From Styela clava (lineage: Eukaryota): a DNA stretch of 64,000 nucleotides. Each line of letters starts with the position of its first letter. Within the stretch, counting starts at the first letter, position 1. The translations under genes were made by a program, and so were the position numbers. This document shows positions 1 to 12,254 of the stretch, in pieces. The DNA is taken from NCBI RefSeq assembly GCF_964204865.1, contig NC_135256.1, positions 23,560,001 through 23,624,000 of the forward strand. The letters are read 5' to 3'. Below the pieces are notes generated by a model. The model saw only the letters and a program-made list of their open reading frames with translations, did no database searches and was not told where the DNA came from.

Positions 1-1665
1 ACTGTAGTATTTTTGTTAATTTTAGGTTCATAAATTTAGATTAAGTTATTTTTAGTGTGTGTATTATTCTTTCCTTATTCAAAGCTTGTTCAAAAATGAT
101 TTTGATGGTTGTACATAGAATTTTACGATTTTTTATAATAAATACTGTAACTTGCAAATGTTGCAATAATAGTGGAATGCAAATCTTAATATGTAATTGC
201 ATTTGAAATTGAAGAAAATAATAAAACTTAATCCAACTGTTTAGCTGCATCACAATATATGTCACAAACTAAAACTATCTTAAAAATATCTTTTAAGTAT
301 ACATTATCAAAAACTGTTTGCGGCTCTTTTTACAATTTTCAAAATGCAATGCGGCTCTCGAAAACCCATGAGTTTGACACCACTGATCCATTCTAGACGA
401 TTCAAGCATTGCTTTGGGAAATTATATCACTTCAATTAAATTGAAATAATCTCGCTATATTAAATACGAAATCGTTGCTATCATAAAGGTGAACCAATTC
501 AGCCACTCGAAATATATTGGCCTTCACAAAGTAATGGAGGCAAAATTGATAGTTCATGAGCTATGAACATTTGTTCTTTTCTTTGTCTTGAACTTTCCAT
601 ACTCCACAGCCCCTATTATTTTTTTTTAATTTTAATTACCATGTGATGGTCATACATATCTTTAACTTGTATTTTCTGTCATGATGTATTATCTCAATTT
701 GCCAAACTATTAATTAATGTGCATATTTTGCTTCCAGATGACATAAATGTATTGTCATGTTTATTACCTCAGCTTGGAGTGTTGACAAGAAAAAGGTGCC
801 AGTAAATTAGGTAAAAAAATTTTCAACTCATTGTTATAATCAGAATTCACAATCAATAGGAATTATAAACAGCCAACAATCAGTGAGAATTATATGCGAA
901 ATCCCTCAGAATAAATTTGTCTAAAATCGGAGGAAGGCAAAAAATATAGGTAGTTTCATCCACACAAGCATTTCAAGAAGACTTGCTCGAGCCAAACTAA
1001 ATGAGCATCGTCAGGTGATCGGTAAGGCTGCAAGTTGAATTCAGCCCTGCAACCTCCTGCATAGAAGATAATATTAATTAGTGGGCTATGAGCTAAATTT
1101 AAACAAACCTATCTACGATGCATTATGTACCAGCAATGTTACCTACGATTAACTGAATATGTAATATGTCTAATAAATTCACCTACAAAAGCAAGTTCGA
1201 TAGGTGCAAACTTTGTGTTATGGAATTGTATCGCAGCACAGTTTTGTATGACACCCTCTTTAAATGAAATTTCAATGATTAAGCGCAAACATTAAAATTA
1301 CTAACTTTGAACTTTGTCATTATCTGCAAAATGTTCCACACAAATCTTTCCGCTATCTCGTTTGTAATCTTCTCTGATAAAAAAAACGTCTATGATGTCC
1401 AGAATTGCTCTTTACAGCTTGCCTGTTATTCCAGCTTTCCAAGTAAGCAAAACTTCTTAGATATAGAGATTATTTTGTTTCGCTACAGGCGCAAAAAGGC
1501 AGGTACTACATGTAAAAAAGACGCCGAGTAGCAAATGCGAGCGGAAAACGGACGCGAAAGGCGACGAGAAATATGTGCATTGGAGCGTATCATGAAATAC
1601 AATGTTTTGCCTGTAGTCTTATGGAGTGACGTCAGAGTTGCCTATCATGTTGTTTAATGTCATTG
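1..1665 (-). mobile_element. Non-autonomous P-like DNA transposon, second copy (inverted, runs off window start)
   Basis: Reverse complement of ~13350-15004. Ends in the same TIR (TCATGTTGTTTAATGTCATTG at ~1645-1665) and carries the same nested hAT end at 385. Confidence 0.8.
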
Positions 1666-1779
1666 GTTACACCAATGGTTCTCAAAGTTTTGGGGCCGTC
1701 GATATACCGTCGCGATATCGCCCATTTTGAGAATCACTGTGCTTGACTTCCTGATGGAACTTTGAATAAATACTTGTCG

Positions 1780-4050
1780 AGGACAACCCGATGATACGAT
1801 CATGAAAGTGTGAGACAAACAGAACAAATTTAAGAAAATTTGGAAAAGTGTGAGATAAGCAAGATATGTTTGAAACATGCGGTAAAAGTGTGGGACAAAT
1901 AATACAAAAGTGAAAAAACAGGTGGCACAAGAGTCCTAGGCTTGCACGTAATTGACAAAAATCAATTCCGTAATTACGGCCAAATCGATTACGTAATGAC
2001 CCCGTTATTGCGATATTTTTTTCACACATTTAAACCTATCATAACAACTAATTTAATCCACTTCTATTCCGAATGGGACATCGAAGTTTGGTTTTCATAT
2101 TCCCGGCAGTACTACACGCCGGCGACAGATGTTAAAGACAAATATCAAGGAGTGAATTCAAAATAATTTTATTCTGATTTTTATCTTTTATATTAGCTTT
2201 GATTTTTTTTTTATTCACTTTATCACCAAATTTTATGCGATCAATTTTATCATTACCAACACTGGTAATATATTTAAGAAACGATAGTTTCACTTTTTTA
2301 CAATATCCGACTTTACTACTTAGTTAGCATTTTATAAGAATTATTGATGCCGACTTATTGACGATATTCCGAATTCCATGCTTCATTTTACATTAAATCA
2401 TTTCGCGGCCTAAAAGTTATAACATTATTTGCGATAAATTTAGATCAAATATTAATTATTCGCGCATTATTTAAAATACTGTACTTATATGACATGCCTT
2501 CTCCGAAAATACAAAGTTATATCGCAAAACAATGCATTTTGTAACATTTATTTTGCACTCATGAAAAGATTAATAAGTCGACAATCCTATTTGCCAAGAT
2601 TGACACAAGTTTGGTCAAGTGCCGGTGGTATTCGAGTCGACGATAAATCAAAATAAGTTGCCGCATTTGGTAAAGACAGGTGATCATATTTGGCCGACAT
2701 ATTGCGAGGCATTGTGAAAAACATATTGAGCAATGCCAAGTCCGGACAGATATATAACGATAAAATCGGTAACAGAACATCAAGATTTTGTAATAGAAAA
2801 TGGATCTCGCGCAGAATAAACACGTGAAATCCCGCCGTATTGTTGTTTCTCTGCCGTCTCAATCGCTTCACCGATACCGAAAAGACTTAAGTTGCGTTGG
2901 TTCATTACGCAATTTCTCTTCCGTCTTTATATTGCTGTTTGATGAGCGCGAAATTAATTATCACGGCATTTACAAATAGACCATGTTTTATAAGTTGATC
3001 TCTTACATTCTTTAGTCATTTCACCCGAAGAAGTTGAAACCAGGTGTGTTGACGTCCATCGGTCTCAATACAATTCTATTCCTTATCTACGGTTAATTGG
3101 CCATCCTAGATAAGTTGATAATAGGTTAGTAAATGACGCGTTATGCCTTCCCCATCTGCCTAACAAGAGAGAGAAAAACGGCTGCGAATACCGGAACTCT
3201 AACTTCTTTTACTTAAACTTTAATTTTTTACAATCGACGGAATTGACTGCTCTGAAGAGAGCTCGTTTCAATCGCGAAAGCGCTCGACCAATAATTACGA
3301 CTTTACGTAATTCGTAACTTCGCTTCCGTAACTCGAAATAATTCCGTAAATTACGTGCAAGCCTACACAAGACTATTAGAACAAACAAGTGTGAAAAGAG
3401 CAAGACACGTGTAGGCAAAACAGGACATGTTGCAGCAAATGTCAGGACGGTCAAGTTTGACTAGTGTGAGTCAAGCATGGCAAGAGGAGCAGGAGAAATG
3501 TGGAATTAGCAGGACAAGTGTGATACGCGAAATATAAGTTTAATTCAATCATGACAAGTGTGGCAAAAGCAGAACAACTGTGATAAAAGCAGGACAAGTA
3601 GAAAACAATAATGATATTGGGGTGTCCCAAGTATTTATCGTTTGGAGTATTCTAGACAAGTGTGAGACACGCAGGACAAGTATGGAACAATCGAAGCAAA
3701 TTCGATTCATTCAGGGCATGTGTGGAAAAAGCAGGACAAGTTTGAGATAAGCAGGACAAGTGTTGGACAATAAATACAAGTTTGGAAAAAGCACGACAAA
3801 TCTGGGGAAAGCATGAAAAGTGTGAGACAAGAAAAACGGGTTTGGTGAAAGCTAGACAAATGTGGGAAAAGTAGAGCAAGAGTTCGACAAGCAAGACAAC
3901 TTCTATCCAATCAGGACGTGTATAGAACAAGCAGGAAAATTGTAGCAAAAGCAGTAGGCTACAAGCGTGGTATAAGCGTAAATAGATACTACTACAAGAA
4001 TATGTGCGACAGCAGAGTGAGTGTGGGACAAGAAAGACAAGTGTTATTCA
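1780..4050. repeat. Degenerate ~20-bp tandem repeat tract (AAAAGCAGGACAAGTGTGA-like), split by a hAT insertion
   Basis: Recurring GCAGGACAAGTGTG(A/G) motifs at ~1780-1935 and ~3366-4050. Explains the low-complexity ORFs at 1660-2029 and 3652-3948. Confidence 0.7.
1937..3365. mobile_element. Non-autonomous hAT-type element (TAGGCTTGCACGTAATT TIRs), copy 1
   Basis: 17-bp TIRs TAGGCTTGCACGTAATT...AATTACGTGCAAGCCTA. Colinear with 43303-44928, which has an 8-bp TSD. TSD not clean here. Confidence 0.8.
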
Positions 4051-4226
4051 ATCAGGGTGACTCAGAACATTTGATTGAAACAGTAATCATCAGGCAAATA
4101 TGTTTTGAAACAATCGCTCTTCAAATATGTAAACGACTAAACGTAGGCTACATAGCGCATGCGCCAGTTAGCAAAAATAGAATTGAATAAGGACTCGGTT
4201 AAAATAACATAATATATATATACCCA

Positions 4227-4397
4227 GGTGACCGTACATTTGAACCCATGTGTATATCCACGGGTTCAATCTATATGCGGGTGCTAAAACACATGGGTTA
4301 GGGTTAGTATGAGTTCAACTATCCGAAAAACAAAAAAAATTCCATAGGTGCAATAGCATACAGGTGCAATTGTCATGGGTTCAAATGTAATGGAACC
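4227..4397. mobile_element. MITE with GG...CC ends and 9-bp TSD (Merlin- or MULE-like)
   Basis: TIR GGTGACCGTACATTTGAACCCATG / CATGGGTTCAAATGTAATGGAACC. TSD ATATACCCA on both sides. Inverted copy at 37047-37233. Confidence 0.75.
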
Positions 4398-4500
4398 ATA
4401 TACCCAATCGAATCCAAGGAGATCCAAATCTCGGCCCATCCCAAAAACAAATTACCGTTAACTTTTATGGCACATCTCTTTATGGTTTTAGATGAGTTAA

Positions 4501-4820
4501 GATAGGATTTACATATTTATCCCGGGGCTTATACACGGCTTATCCATATGGCGAACCACGGCCTCTCGTCCGGTTACCATTCCAAGTCTGGTATGGGATT
4601 AGTTATATTGTTTGTTTTTCGGAAGCATGGACTTGGTGGTGGAGGAAGCCGTAACCGACCAGCGGTTACGTGAACCCCCCAACGACGGCGGGGAGTCCAG
4701 CAATCCTCTCGCACATAACCATCCCTGCATGTGATTCGAACCTGCGAACCCACGCAGAGTAATTAGAGGTGCGGTGGCGAGCGTATTCCTAACGCTTAGC
4801 CCGTTGAGCCACACCGCCGC
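4501..4820 (-). mobile_element. tRNA-derived SINE
   Basis: Reverse complement of 36469-36808, with Pol III A-box (TGGCTCAACGGG), B-box (GGTTCGAATC) and ATCCTATC tail. Confidence 0.8.
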
Positions 4821-5211
4821 GCCGTGCGGTGGCGCATTGTTTGTAGTTAGCCGCGCCGGTTGCCCGAGCTTTCAGAAATTATTGCGGATGCACAGGAAGG
4901 CATGTGGATATACCGTAGAAGGCCAATATCACCGATAACGCTATTGTTCTTGAAGACGAGTAAATTGGGTCCATGTTCACAACTCGCCGCTGCATTCCGT
5001 GTCAATCATCGTTAGTTCATTAACTATTAACACTGTAACAGGTAATACGAATTGTGGTAGAGTTTATCTCCCCACACGAACCTCTATGCAGGATAACCAC
5101 AGGTGCGGTTGCAAGTGCAGAAGTGTATTCCTAACGTCTCAACGTATAGCAGGTTGCGCCAAATCGACCAGCCTGTTTGACTGACAATAAGTTTGGAAAG
5201 GAATTTCCGAA

Positions 5212-5239
5212 CAATGAGCATATGTATATATGCTCATTG
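5212..5239. other. 28-bp palindrome with 7-bp TSD, probable P-type transposon excision footprint
   Basis: TTCCGAA | CAATGAGCATATGTATATATGCTCATTG | TTCCGAA. Confidence 0.55.
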
Positions 5240-5501
5240 TTCCGAAATATCATTTCGATTGGCATTCTGAGTGAGTGATATCGAAAAAGTGCGAATCAAT
5301 TATAATCGGGCACGCATATTGTAGTATTTCATAGCGATAATACTTTTATTAAATTGTAAGTTTAGGCCCAACGACGTGTTACGTTGAAATAATTAAATCA
5401 GACTCGCACCATTTATCAGACTCCTGTCATCACGATAGGGAAATCCCCAACAGACGATACAAATGAAATAAATGATTCGTAGGCGAGGGTGCTTATAAAC
5501 G

Positions 5502-7537
5502 ATGGGAAAATTGACTGCTGGATCTTTCCTGTTTAGAACGGGGGACATATTGTTTCATCCGTCTGCCGTCGCTTCAAAACTTTTCTCAACAAAAATTAAC
5601 GTTAGGTCATTAGTAGAATGTAAAGTTGTAGCTATCAAACCGTTTTGGAAACTCACAACAAAGCTCTCAAATGTCAACTACAACATTGACACGAATTTGT
5701 CAGACAGAATAAAAATTACACATGACGAAAATCCCTCAAATAATCGGAGTAAGTATAATATTGAAATTGGAGAATGTTTTTGAGCTTTCAAATGTAGATA
5801 CTTGACTTAAGTAGCACTTGATCTTTCTATATCGTTGTTATCCTGTTAAGAATGCCTTGTTAAGAATGGAGAGTTGATGATTCAGGTACACATATTTCGA
5901 GAGTGAGGAAGACGATAAGATGGCTTAATCATATGGGGGACTACGGCCTTTTTTGTTTCATAAGCATGGACTTGATGGTGTAGGAAGTCATAATGAACCA
6001 GTGGTTACATCTGTACATAAACCACGTATCCTTTTGCACATAATAAAATCTCATGATCCGAGGTATGATGTTCCCCCCGCAATGGCGATGAAAGCGAACT
6101 TTGAAAACAGCATTTAAAACATGAGCTCTTTACTTTTTAATATCATTATCGTATTTTTTCAACATTTTTAAACAGGCAGGGTTGAATCACTAGACATAAT
6201 AGAAGATGATGTGACAGAATCTTTGATTATTAGTGCAACCGGTCATAAAAATGAACAAACTTTGAACATTTCTGTACCGCTTCGAGTAGGTATGCATTAT
6301 TTTTTAAAAAATCCTCTTGTTTAAAAAATATTATTCTAGATTTTGATGTAATTTTCAGATCTGAAGGTTCTTGCAGAAGGATGTGCAACGGGTAGCTTAT
6401 CAAATATGGAAAACAGTGCTCTAATTGTCAAAGCAGAACAACATAATATAAAACTCATGAATATTAAGGTTAGTTGAGCATATTTATCTTTATGGTATTA
6501 AATTTCTGCAATGTTAATTTGGTGGATATCCTGCAATTTTCAGAGCAATGTAGTTACTGTAGAATCCAATGAGCATATCTCATGTTGCAATTCAATCAGA
6601 GGCGATATTAGTCTAAAGAGTGAAAGTGGAAATATAACAGCCAACAAACTCCAAGGAAACACAATCTCATTGTCAACCAGTGAAGGATTAATTTCTGTGG
6701 GAGATCTGTATGCAAAAGATTTGTCTCTGGTTGCAGATGATGGCAGTATTAGGTACTCAGTTTAATTGTACAAACATCATTTTTAGGATGAGTTAATCCA
6801 ATGTCCCAGCCGGGAAGAAAATATTGCTTATTTAATATTTATAATAAACTATTCAAACTTAATTGTGTTTCCAGGATTACAAGTATCCATGGCGATGCTG
6901 AACTGCAAGCAAAAGGTGATATATCTGCAGGAACAGCTGAAGGGAAGTTTAATGCATGGTCAGAGGATGGCAATGTTCAGGTCTTTCTAACTGATAAAGT
7001 CGAATCAGCAGACATTGTTACAAACACAGGTATATTTATTGCAATATATCCGAACATATTTATAATTGCTCTGTAAAAAATCCTCTTGCAAATGGCTTCT
7101 TCTAACATCTGATCTAGTCAACTTGGTACTACAATCAATACGATAATTATTGTCATTATTAGCGAACTGTTTTATTTGTTAATTCTAGGCAACATCTCTC
7201 TAGCAATGTCTGAGAAACTAGGGTGCCAAATTGACGTTGAAGCTCAAGAGATCGATGACACTGCAACAGCATCTATGTTCAAAGATGTACACAGACAACA
7301 TCGAGGTCCATGCTCAAGATACAGGGGTATAATATTTTTTATTTTATGAGAACCTTGAAAAGTCAAGCCAGGTTCTTCATTCACATTTGTATTTGAAAAA
7401 TTTTCACTATTCTCATTTCAGCTGAAGTCAATGGAGGTGGACCACGAATAAGTGTAAAAGCCCTTGGAGGAATGGTCAAGTTGAGCACATCATCATGGCT
7501 AGAAGCAGTTTCTTTATTCAATGCGAAAAATCAATGA
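5502..7537 (+). CDS. FAM185A: FAM185A-like protein (DUF4097/adhesin-type beta-repeat domain), 7 exons
   Basis: GT-AG exons at ~5502-5748, 6176-6289, 6359-6468, 6544-6752, 6875-7029, 7189-7326 and 7422-7537 join in frame. Repeated SGNI/GDIS beta motifs, KLQGNTISLSTSEG, and C-terminal GGMVKLSTSSWLEAV. Confidence 0.75.
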
Positions 7538-7539
7538 CA

Positions 7540-7907
7540 TCAAGACTGCAAAGCAGTTGAAGTGAGAATAACACCGGTACAAACATCATCTGATTGTTTA
7601 ATTGTCATTGATCTATATTTTCCATCGTTTGTCTCCAATACAATCACAGGTACACTCTGCAAAACATAATTTCTTTTAAGTTGAGTCTGCAGAGAAAACT
7701 TCAAAACTAAGTGGCATTGATATTCACCTGCGGCTTTTTTGCAAGTCTTTTCGCCTCATTACATAGGGCTGATACCTGCCCTGCTTGGCTAGATCTGCCC
7801 TCTCCTCGCACCCCTGTGCATAAACCTTTTGTATCCGCCATTACTACCCCAACGACATTTGGTCGGTCCATGATTAGATCCAATTGATCTTCTGTACTGG
7901 TCTCCAT
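7540..7907 (-). CDS. LAMTOR5: Ragulator complex protein LAMTOR5 (HBXIP), 2 exons, ~98 aa
   Basis: Exon 1 7907-7728 METSTEDQLDLIMDRPNVVGVVMADTKGLCTGVRG... and exon 2 7656-7540 SVPVIVLETNDGKYRSMTIKQSDDVCTGVI... match the LAMTOR5 roadblock motifs. Confidence 0.88.
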
Positions 7908-8226
7908 TGCAGTTTAAAAGTAGAAATAGCAGACTAAGTTATAAAACTAAAAATCTGAGAATAAGAAGAAAAGGTTGAACCTATTCATGGCCATAACCAT
8001 GGAGAAATTCTGACTAGTGACTGCTTTTATATTAAATTTCAGAACCATGCAGTATAGTAAAATTGTCAATCACTACTGGGCATAGTCCACAGCATGAATT
8101 TGTCAAAATAAAATGCTTAGTTTTAGGGTTTTTCTTTCAGTGGAAAGCTGACTTTTATTCAATTAACTTCCTTCAACATCTTGAGCGGTTTCACCAGCCA
8201 ATATGCCATCTTGATTTCCAGGAGCT

Positions 8227-9030
8227 TCATGACAACCCTTGTAGCTCTCTCAAGCCTTCAAGTACAAGTCGAATTTGTGCTCTGACATGAGCCATGTCTT
8301 TTGAAAAATTTTCAGCTTGTTTGTTTAGTATTTCCACCCTTTTGTCAATAAATTCCAAAGCCTCCTTGTATGTATACTCCACATAAAACCCATAGCCGAC
8401 ACACACAAATACTTTTGATGGATCATCGCTGAAAAACAATACGCAGCTAAAAGAAGAGATTTTTCTTAAATTGACACATTAGTAGATTTACAAGATCTCT
8501 AAACATAATCTGTGAACCACTTATTTCTGTGGTAAATCAATACTGCCATAATTGAGTTGGTGTAGCCCGCATTAGAAATCTAAATGAATAGGCTACATAT
8601 ACTTACACAACAGCTTGAGCGAAAAAATTACATCCGATATCTACTTGCGTCTTCAAAGGTTGGTTGTTTTTGTTAGCCTTACATTCTTCAAGTTTCTGTA
8701 AAGTGGTTTGTAGTTGCAAATATTCTGAAATTTCGCCATAAACTTTATCCCTCAAATCATTTAGATTTCTGAATTCAACAAGAGAATGTGTTTCATATTT
8801 GAAGTTATATGCAGTGAATGATGCACAGAAATTGTAGGTTGACCATTGCATGTGAAACATAGACAAGTTATTAGCAATGAGGAGCTGACATGTTTGCGAC
8901 ATTTGCGTCGTTTGGGTAATACCAATAATAGCTTTGAAGAATTTAATACTTACTTTAGATCACCCCTTAAAGTTTCGTTTACGAAATGTTCATATTTCAA
9001 CACTTTGTCATCAATATTAGCTTTGTCCAT
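8227..9030 (-). CDS. UXT: Protein UXT (alpha-type prefoldin-like), 3 exons
   Basis: Exons 9030-8954 (MDKANIDDKVLKYEHFVNETLRGDLK), 8768-8607 (RDKVYGEISEYLQL...TQVDIGCNFFAQAV) and 8428-8227 (VCVGYGFYVEYTYKEAL...LEGLRELQGLS). Confidence 0.92.
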
Positions 9031-9331
9031 CTGATTTATACATTAATTTTAAAACAAATTCTGAGAAAAATTAAAAACACAATTATGTAATTAATTGCAA
9101 ATATATGAAATTCTTAATGTCAACATTACAGAATCTAACTATTAACCACTGATTCAAATGTTTGAATAGAAAAGTATTTTATTTAAAAAATCACTTTTAG
9201 CACTCACTAAATCTCGATTTTACATTTATTCAAAAAAAAAAGATTTGGGTGATAAATTGCACATGATGAAAGATTGCTATAAATTGACCATGAAATCAGT
9301 TCATGAATAATTTGACAGTTGCTTGCAATGA

Positions 9332-10336
9332 TCATAGTGCTTGTTTATGAAGCAATGTAGAATTGTTCGTTAAATCCATTTCAATGACTTCCGCACAATC
9401 CTTAGAGCCAAGTAAAGCTGCTCCAATAGCACTTGACTTTGCTGGACGAAGAAGTGTAATTGCTGAAATCTTCCTCTTCGACTCATGCTTGAGACATGAC
9501 ACAAATGAATCTTTTAAGAGAGGCCAACTTTTCCACACAGAACCCACACATATTATTTGCAAACCATCATGGCTCTCTAACAAATCATTAGAAACCGCTG
9601 GCAGTACTGCTAAAATATGTTTTGCTTGATCACGGCCAGCTTCAGCAAACACCAATTTACATAGTGAATCATCACCATTTGTAGCGGCTTCTGCTAGCAA
9701 TTTAGTAAAGCCCGCAAAGAATGTCTTGCTTGCATTCGTGTAGAAATGATCCAACATTCCATCATTGTCGATCACTTTAAAATACTCATGCATGAGCTTG
9801 CGCACGGCATCTGTTTTAGCAGGAGACTGATTTAAATTATCATCATCATCAAACAAATATTTAATTGCACGATGAGATATCCACCATGCACCACCTTCAT
9901 CCCCCATAAACGGCCCCCATCCTCCACATCTTGTAACCTTTCCATCTTCGCTTCCATAAATACAATTTGACCCAGTACCAGCAATGAGTACAATTCCACC
10001 TCCTTTGCAAACAGTTGCCAGTGACCCAAGAGTGTCATTATGTATAACAATGCTATTGGAAAGCTTTGGATATTTTTCATTAAATTTATTTACCATAGAC
10101 TCTTGTGCCCCACTGAGACATAGTCCAAGAGTTTTCAAGCACTGCTCGGCTGGTATTCCAGCTTTCTTTTTTGCCTCTTCTACAATGGAGTTTATTGTGT
10201 CAGTTGCTTCATCCAACCCGACTTGATAAGCATTGGAACATCCACCATAAGCCCAGGCCAACTCTTCTCCCCTTTCATTCAAAATTACTGCACTTGTCTG
10301 GGTACCCCCACCCTCTACTCCTCCATAAAAACTCAT
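9332..10336 (-). CDS. NAGK: N-acetyl-D-glucosamine kinase, single exon, 334 aa
   Basis: YGGVEGGGT, GGIVLIAGTGSNC, CGGWG...GDEG and CVGSVWKSW motifs in an uninterrupted full-length ORF. Confidence 0.95.
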   Translation of the reverse strand: MSFYGGVEGGGTQTSAVILNERGEELAWAYGGCSNAYQVGLDEATDTINSIVEEAKKKAGIPAEQCLKTLGLCLSGAQESMVNKFNEKYPKLSNSIVIHNDTLGSLATVCKGGGIVLIAGTGSNCIYGSEDGKVTRCGGWGPFMGDEGGAWWISHRAIKYLFDDDDNLNQSPAKTDAVRKLMHEYFKVIDNDGMLDHFYTNASKTFFAGFTKLLAEAATNGDDSLCKLVFAEAGRDQAKHILAVLPAVSNDLLESHDGLQIICVGSVWKSWPLLKDSFVSCLKHESKRKISAITLLRPAKSSAIGAALLGSKDCAEVIEMDLTNNSTLLHKQAL

Positions 10337-11094
10337 TTTCTCGGCCTGCTGTAAAGCTTTTTACGAAAGTAAGTAGATGCTTTTTACGAAAGTAAGTAGA
10401 TGTAGGTATTATAGGATGCACTATTACAGGATCTGTAACTTGAATATCAGAAGTGTTTAAACCCCTGAACTCGTAAGCTGATGCAAATACTGAAAAGAAT
10501 TGGATATAAGCGAAAGCATCATACGTCACCCATGCGATTGTCCTATACAAATTAAAGTTGGGCAGCTAGGCATTGATAGAAGGAATCACTTATAAGTGGT
10601 TCATTGAATGATCATGCGAAGCGCTAGGAATAGCTCGTCACTGTACCCCTGGATTTGTTTGACTTCTGTGGGGGATAATTATGTGCAAGAAGATGGCCAG
10701 ACTTCGTGCCCCCTCACTTGTGATCACCCTTTGCAGATCCGCATCCTGTGTGGATAATCATCTACAAAAGGATTGCTGGACATCTCGCTCGTGTGGTGGT
10801 CGATTATGATTTCCTTTACCATCAATCTCATGCATCTGAAACAAATAACTGGCTAACTAATTGACTGGTAGCAGGTCTAGATAGAGAGCTTTTATTTCCA
10901 CAAAACAATGTTTCAAATAAAAAAGAACAGACAATATTACAGATTTTTATCTGAATGCAGTGCAGTGGATAATTTAAACATTGAGTTGTGATGGTCAGTA
11001 TGCAAGACCTTTGCAGGCCCGAAGGCTCCCGACCATTTTCTTCACTGTGATTAAGCTTTAATAATGGATTCATTGGATTGTAACAATATTAAAT

Positions 11095-12000
11095 TTAAAA
11101 AAAAATAGACAGAAAATGAGTTTATTTTTTTTTCTATGATTCAACACTATATAATCATGTTTATTGTGGAGTTCAGAGGACATGTGTAAAATTATACTAC
11201 ACTGTGATCTGGTACAATACTATTCACTTCCTCAGATACCGTCTCGATATATAAAAAAAATAGGAATAAACAATCACAGATTCAATCATTAAACAAAACT
11301 AGAACTATATTACATCAATAATAATGTAAGACATATTAATGGTATAGAAGCGTATACTGATAAGTTTAAACTCTGATATACAATCAGAAGTTGAAAATGT
11401 AACATCACATAAATAATAAAACATGTTTCACTTATCAAATATATTATTATTAATGGATGAGAAGGCAATTATTCTGAGTATTTTGTGAGCAAGAGCTTTT
11501 TCATTTTCTTAGAAAACAATGGAGAGGAATTTTTTTCTTCAAAATATTTATTTTGAAATGTTTTGTTGTTTCATTAACTTTATAAGCTATTAACCTGAAT
11601 CAACAAGCGTTGTAGGTGTCGCTGCCTGAAGACCTCTTGAGGTCCCTCGCGACTCCTGTCACACAATTCAAGTTAGTTTCCACTTGTATTTGTAATAATT
11701 TTTCATATATTGTACCATGTTTAAATTGTGTTGACGAATGAATGAGGATTGATTGATTTTATTTCAAATGAGACATAACCCCAAACCTGGACACCATTGT
11801 ATTTTAAGGATTTTTTCTCAATACCAGTTAAAACCTGAGGTAGAAAATAAGACCTGGTTTTCTTCGATCTAGTACCATATTTATGTACATCTTTTAGATT
11901 TGTAAAATATTCCCCAAAAGCAGGGGGAAGAAAACCATTTTCATGGCGATGCATAAATTTTGCTATTTCCAAAGTATGCATACCTGACAGCTGTAGAAAT
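11095..12000 (-). mobile_element. LINE (CR1/L2-group) 3' fragment with a nested opposite-strand LINE-type 3' end
   Basis: ORF2 C-terminus (LEIAKFMHRHENGFLPPAF...HKYGTRSK...SLKYNGVQVW) breaks at ~11758 and resumes at ~11525 (FSKKMKKLLLTKYSE*). The intervening + strand piece ends in a (GATT)n-like tail and matches repeats at ~23525-23930 and ~27735-28140. Confidence 0.7.
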
Positions 12001-12037
12001 GCATGCTCACAAGAGGCCATGGTTCGCCATATAATTA

Positions 12038-12254
12038 CAGGAAGTCCTCGACTGACGACGTTGTTCCGTTCTCGAGAAGCGGTGTAATTTATGATGTAAA
12101 TGACGAGGACCAATGAGCCCAAAGCACTGATTTTCTTGATCTCAATGATCCAGTTTAAGGGCTTAGATATTACAGTACAGTATTACCTTTTATATTTTCA
12201 TGAAGTGCGTTCGTAACCTTGAAACAGCGTTAGTCTAAACCCGAGGACTTCCTG
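12038..12254. mobile_element. Tc1/mariner (pogo/Tigger-like) MITE
   Basis: TA|CAGGAAGTCCTCG...CGAGGACTTCCTG|TA. Confidence 0.7.

Noticed and set aside
3366-4050. CRISPR-like array or repeat-protein ORF
   Set aside because: Eukaryotic context, no cas genes, and units are degenerate with no unique spacers.
9363-10395. Antisense/alternate-frame ORFs over NAGK (similarly over ARPC1 and Gypsy pol)
   Set aside because: Shadow ORFs of real coding sequence with no recognisable motifs.
10560-10836. Additional upstream operon gene
   Set aside because: Exon-like start but in-frame stops in all frames and no recognisable protein.
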